From assembly GCA_013239625.1 (NCBI GenBank), contig MU053911.1, forward strand, positions 362,132 through 426,131: DNA of 64,000 nucleotides. Reading direction: 5' to 3'. This stretch comes from Lama guanicoe. Its lineage: Eukaryota. The position numbers and the translations under genes were made by a program. Shown in pieces: positions 62,997 to 64,000 of the stretch. Positions within the stretch are counted from its first letter, which is position 1. Each line of letters begins with the position of its first letter. The notes below the pieces were generated by a model that was given only the letters and a program-made list of their open reading frames with translations, searched no databases and had not been told where the DNA came from.

Positions 62997-64000
62997 TCTT
63001 CGTCTTCAGTCACAGCAAATTCTACCAGTATCCATTAAATTTTCCTATAAAATTTTCTTTTATTGTCTACTTAGTGTCACATGAAGTAAATCACTGTTTG
63101 CCAAGCATGTACCACAGAGAGTTCGGCCAAAGGAGGTGAGGAGCGGACACGGAGTGTCGGGATGGTCCTCTGACCTAATGAAGGATGTATTTTGAATGGA
63201 AAGAACCTAAATCTTTAGAGGAAAGGATGTCTACACCCTACGGAGCAATGAATAGATAAAAGTTGTTTAAACATAATGTAGATATCAGATGTCCGGGGCA
63301 AATCAGTGTTTTCTGTAAACAGAATTCAAAACAAGCAAATGTACAAAAACAACAGAACTCTCCTTCCCAAGGCAATGGAAGCACAGAACACATTAAAGAA
63401 GAGTGTGCTTTGAAATACTGGGGGGAAAGTGCTTTGTAAATATCCAAGATTACATTTCATTTATATGTTTATTTTTTCAATAAATGAATGCCTTCCCCTT
63501 TATGTAATAGCTTATTATTTTTTTACGAGTTGAGGTTTTTTAATCACCCGCCTTGTGTTCAGTTCAAGATTCCATTGTTCTCCAAATGTTCACAAATATC
63601 CTGCTAATATGTGTTCTATTATTTCAAAAAGTTTTAGTGTCTGATTTGTAAGACAGTAATTTGCAGCTTCACTGTTTATTCCTATTTTGAAGCTAAATAC
63701 AAGACTTTCTTTTTTTTTCCCAGCCTCTTTTGCCTTTGGTCAATGTGTGTTTCAAAAAGTGGTAGGCGGCAATCACTTTGTTGCTTTGTGTATGCTCAGG
63801 ATGTTCACATTTTAAATCCTTCACGTTGACAGTAAATTTTTTTTGGCTGATTTATTCTCTTTAATTCTCATCTTTAAATAATATTTTTTAAATGATTTTA
63901 TGGAACTAGTTCTAATCTCTTGGCTTTGAAAAAGCCAGTTTTTTCTTTGTATTATACTCAAATCCTATTATTTGTTTTAAAAATGTTTTAATTTTATTTT

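Noticed and set aside
63700..63766. Strong 3' splice-site-like tract (ctttcttttttttcccag) with a nearby gtaggc
   Set aside because: Weak donor, very short putative exon and no recognisable peptide; such pseudo-sites are common.

Overview
Mammalian (eutherian) non-coding genomic DNA, most likely camelid: three tRNA-Ala(AGC)-derived Vic-1-like SINEs, cetartiodactyl-type L1 3' UTRs, and no Alu, BovA/BovB, PRE-1 or Can-SINE recognised. I recognise no protein-coding gene, RNA gene or CRISPR array, so this looks like intergenic DNA or a very large intron. The only recognisable peptides are disabled LINE-1 ORF2/ORF1 pieces and an ERVL/MaLR gag remnant. The window holds two young ~2-kb 5'-truncated L1s in opposite orientation, many short L1 3' fragments, older L1MB/L1M, L2, MIR, ERV1 solo LTRs, MaLR pieces and hAT MITEs (MER5A, MER45A, MER58). 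I do not see a new multi-gene system. The best leads are retrotransposition oddities: a strongly strand-biased A>G (L1-sense) hypermutated L1 fragment (41.7-42.1 kb), a 118-bp miniature LTR with a target-site duplication (TSD), a three-tier nested insertion, several L1 ends with extra 3' sequence, a likely twin-priming inversion, and a CpG-retaining palindrome at 62.1 kb. Repeat family names come from recalled consensus motifs, not a database search. Boundaries are approximate unless a TSD is quoted.
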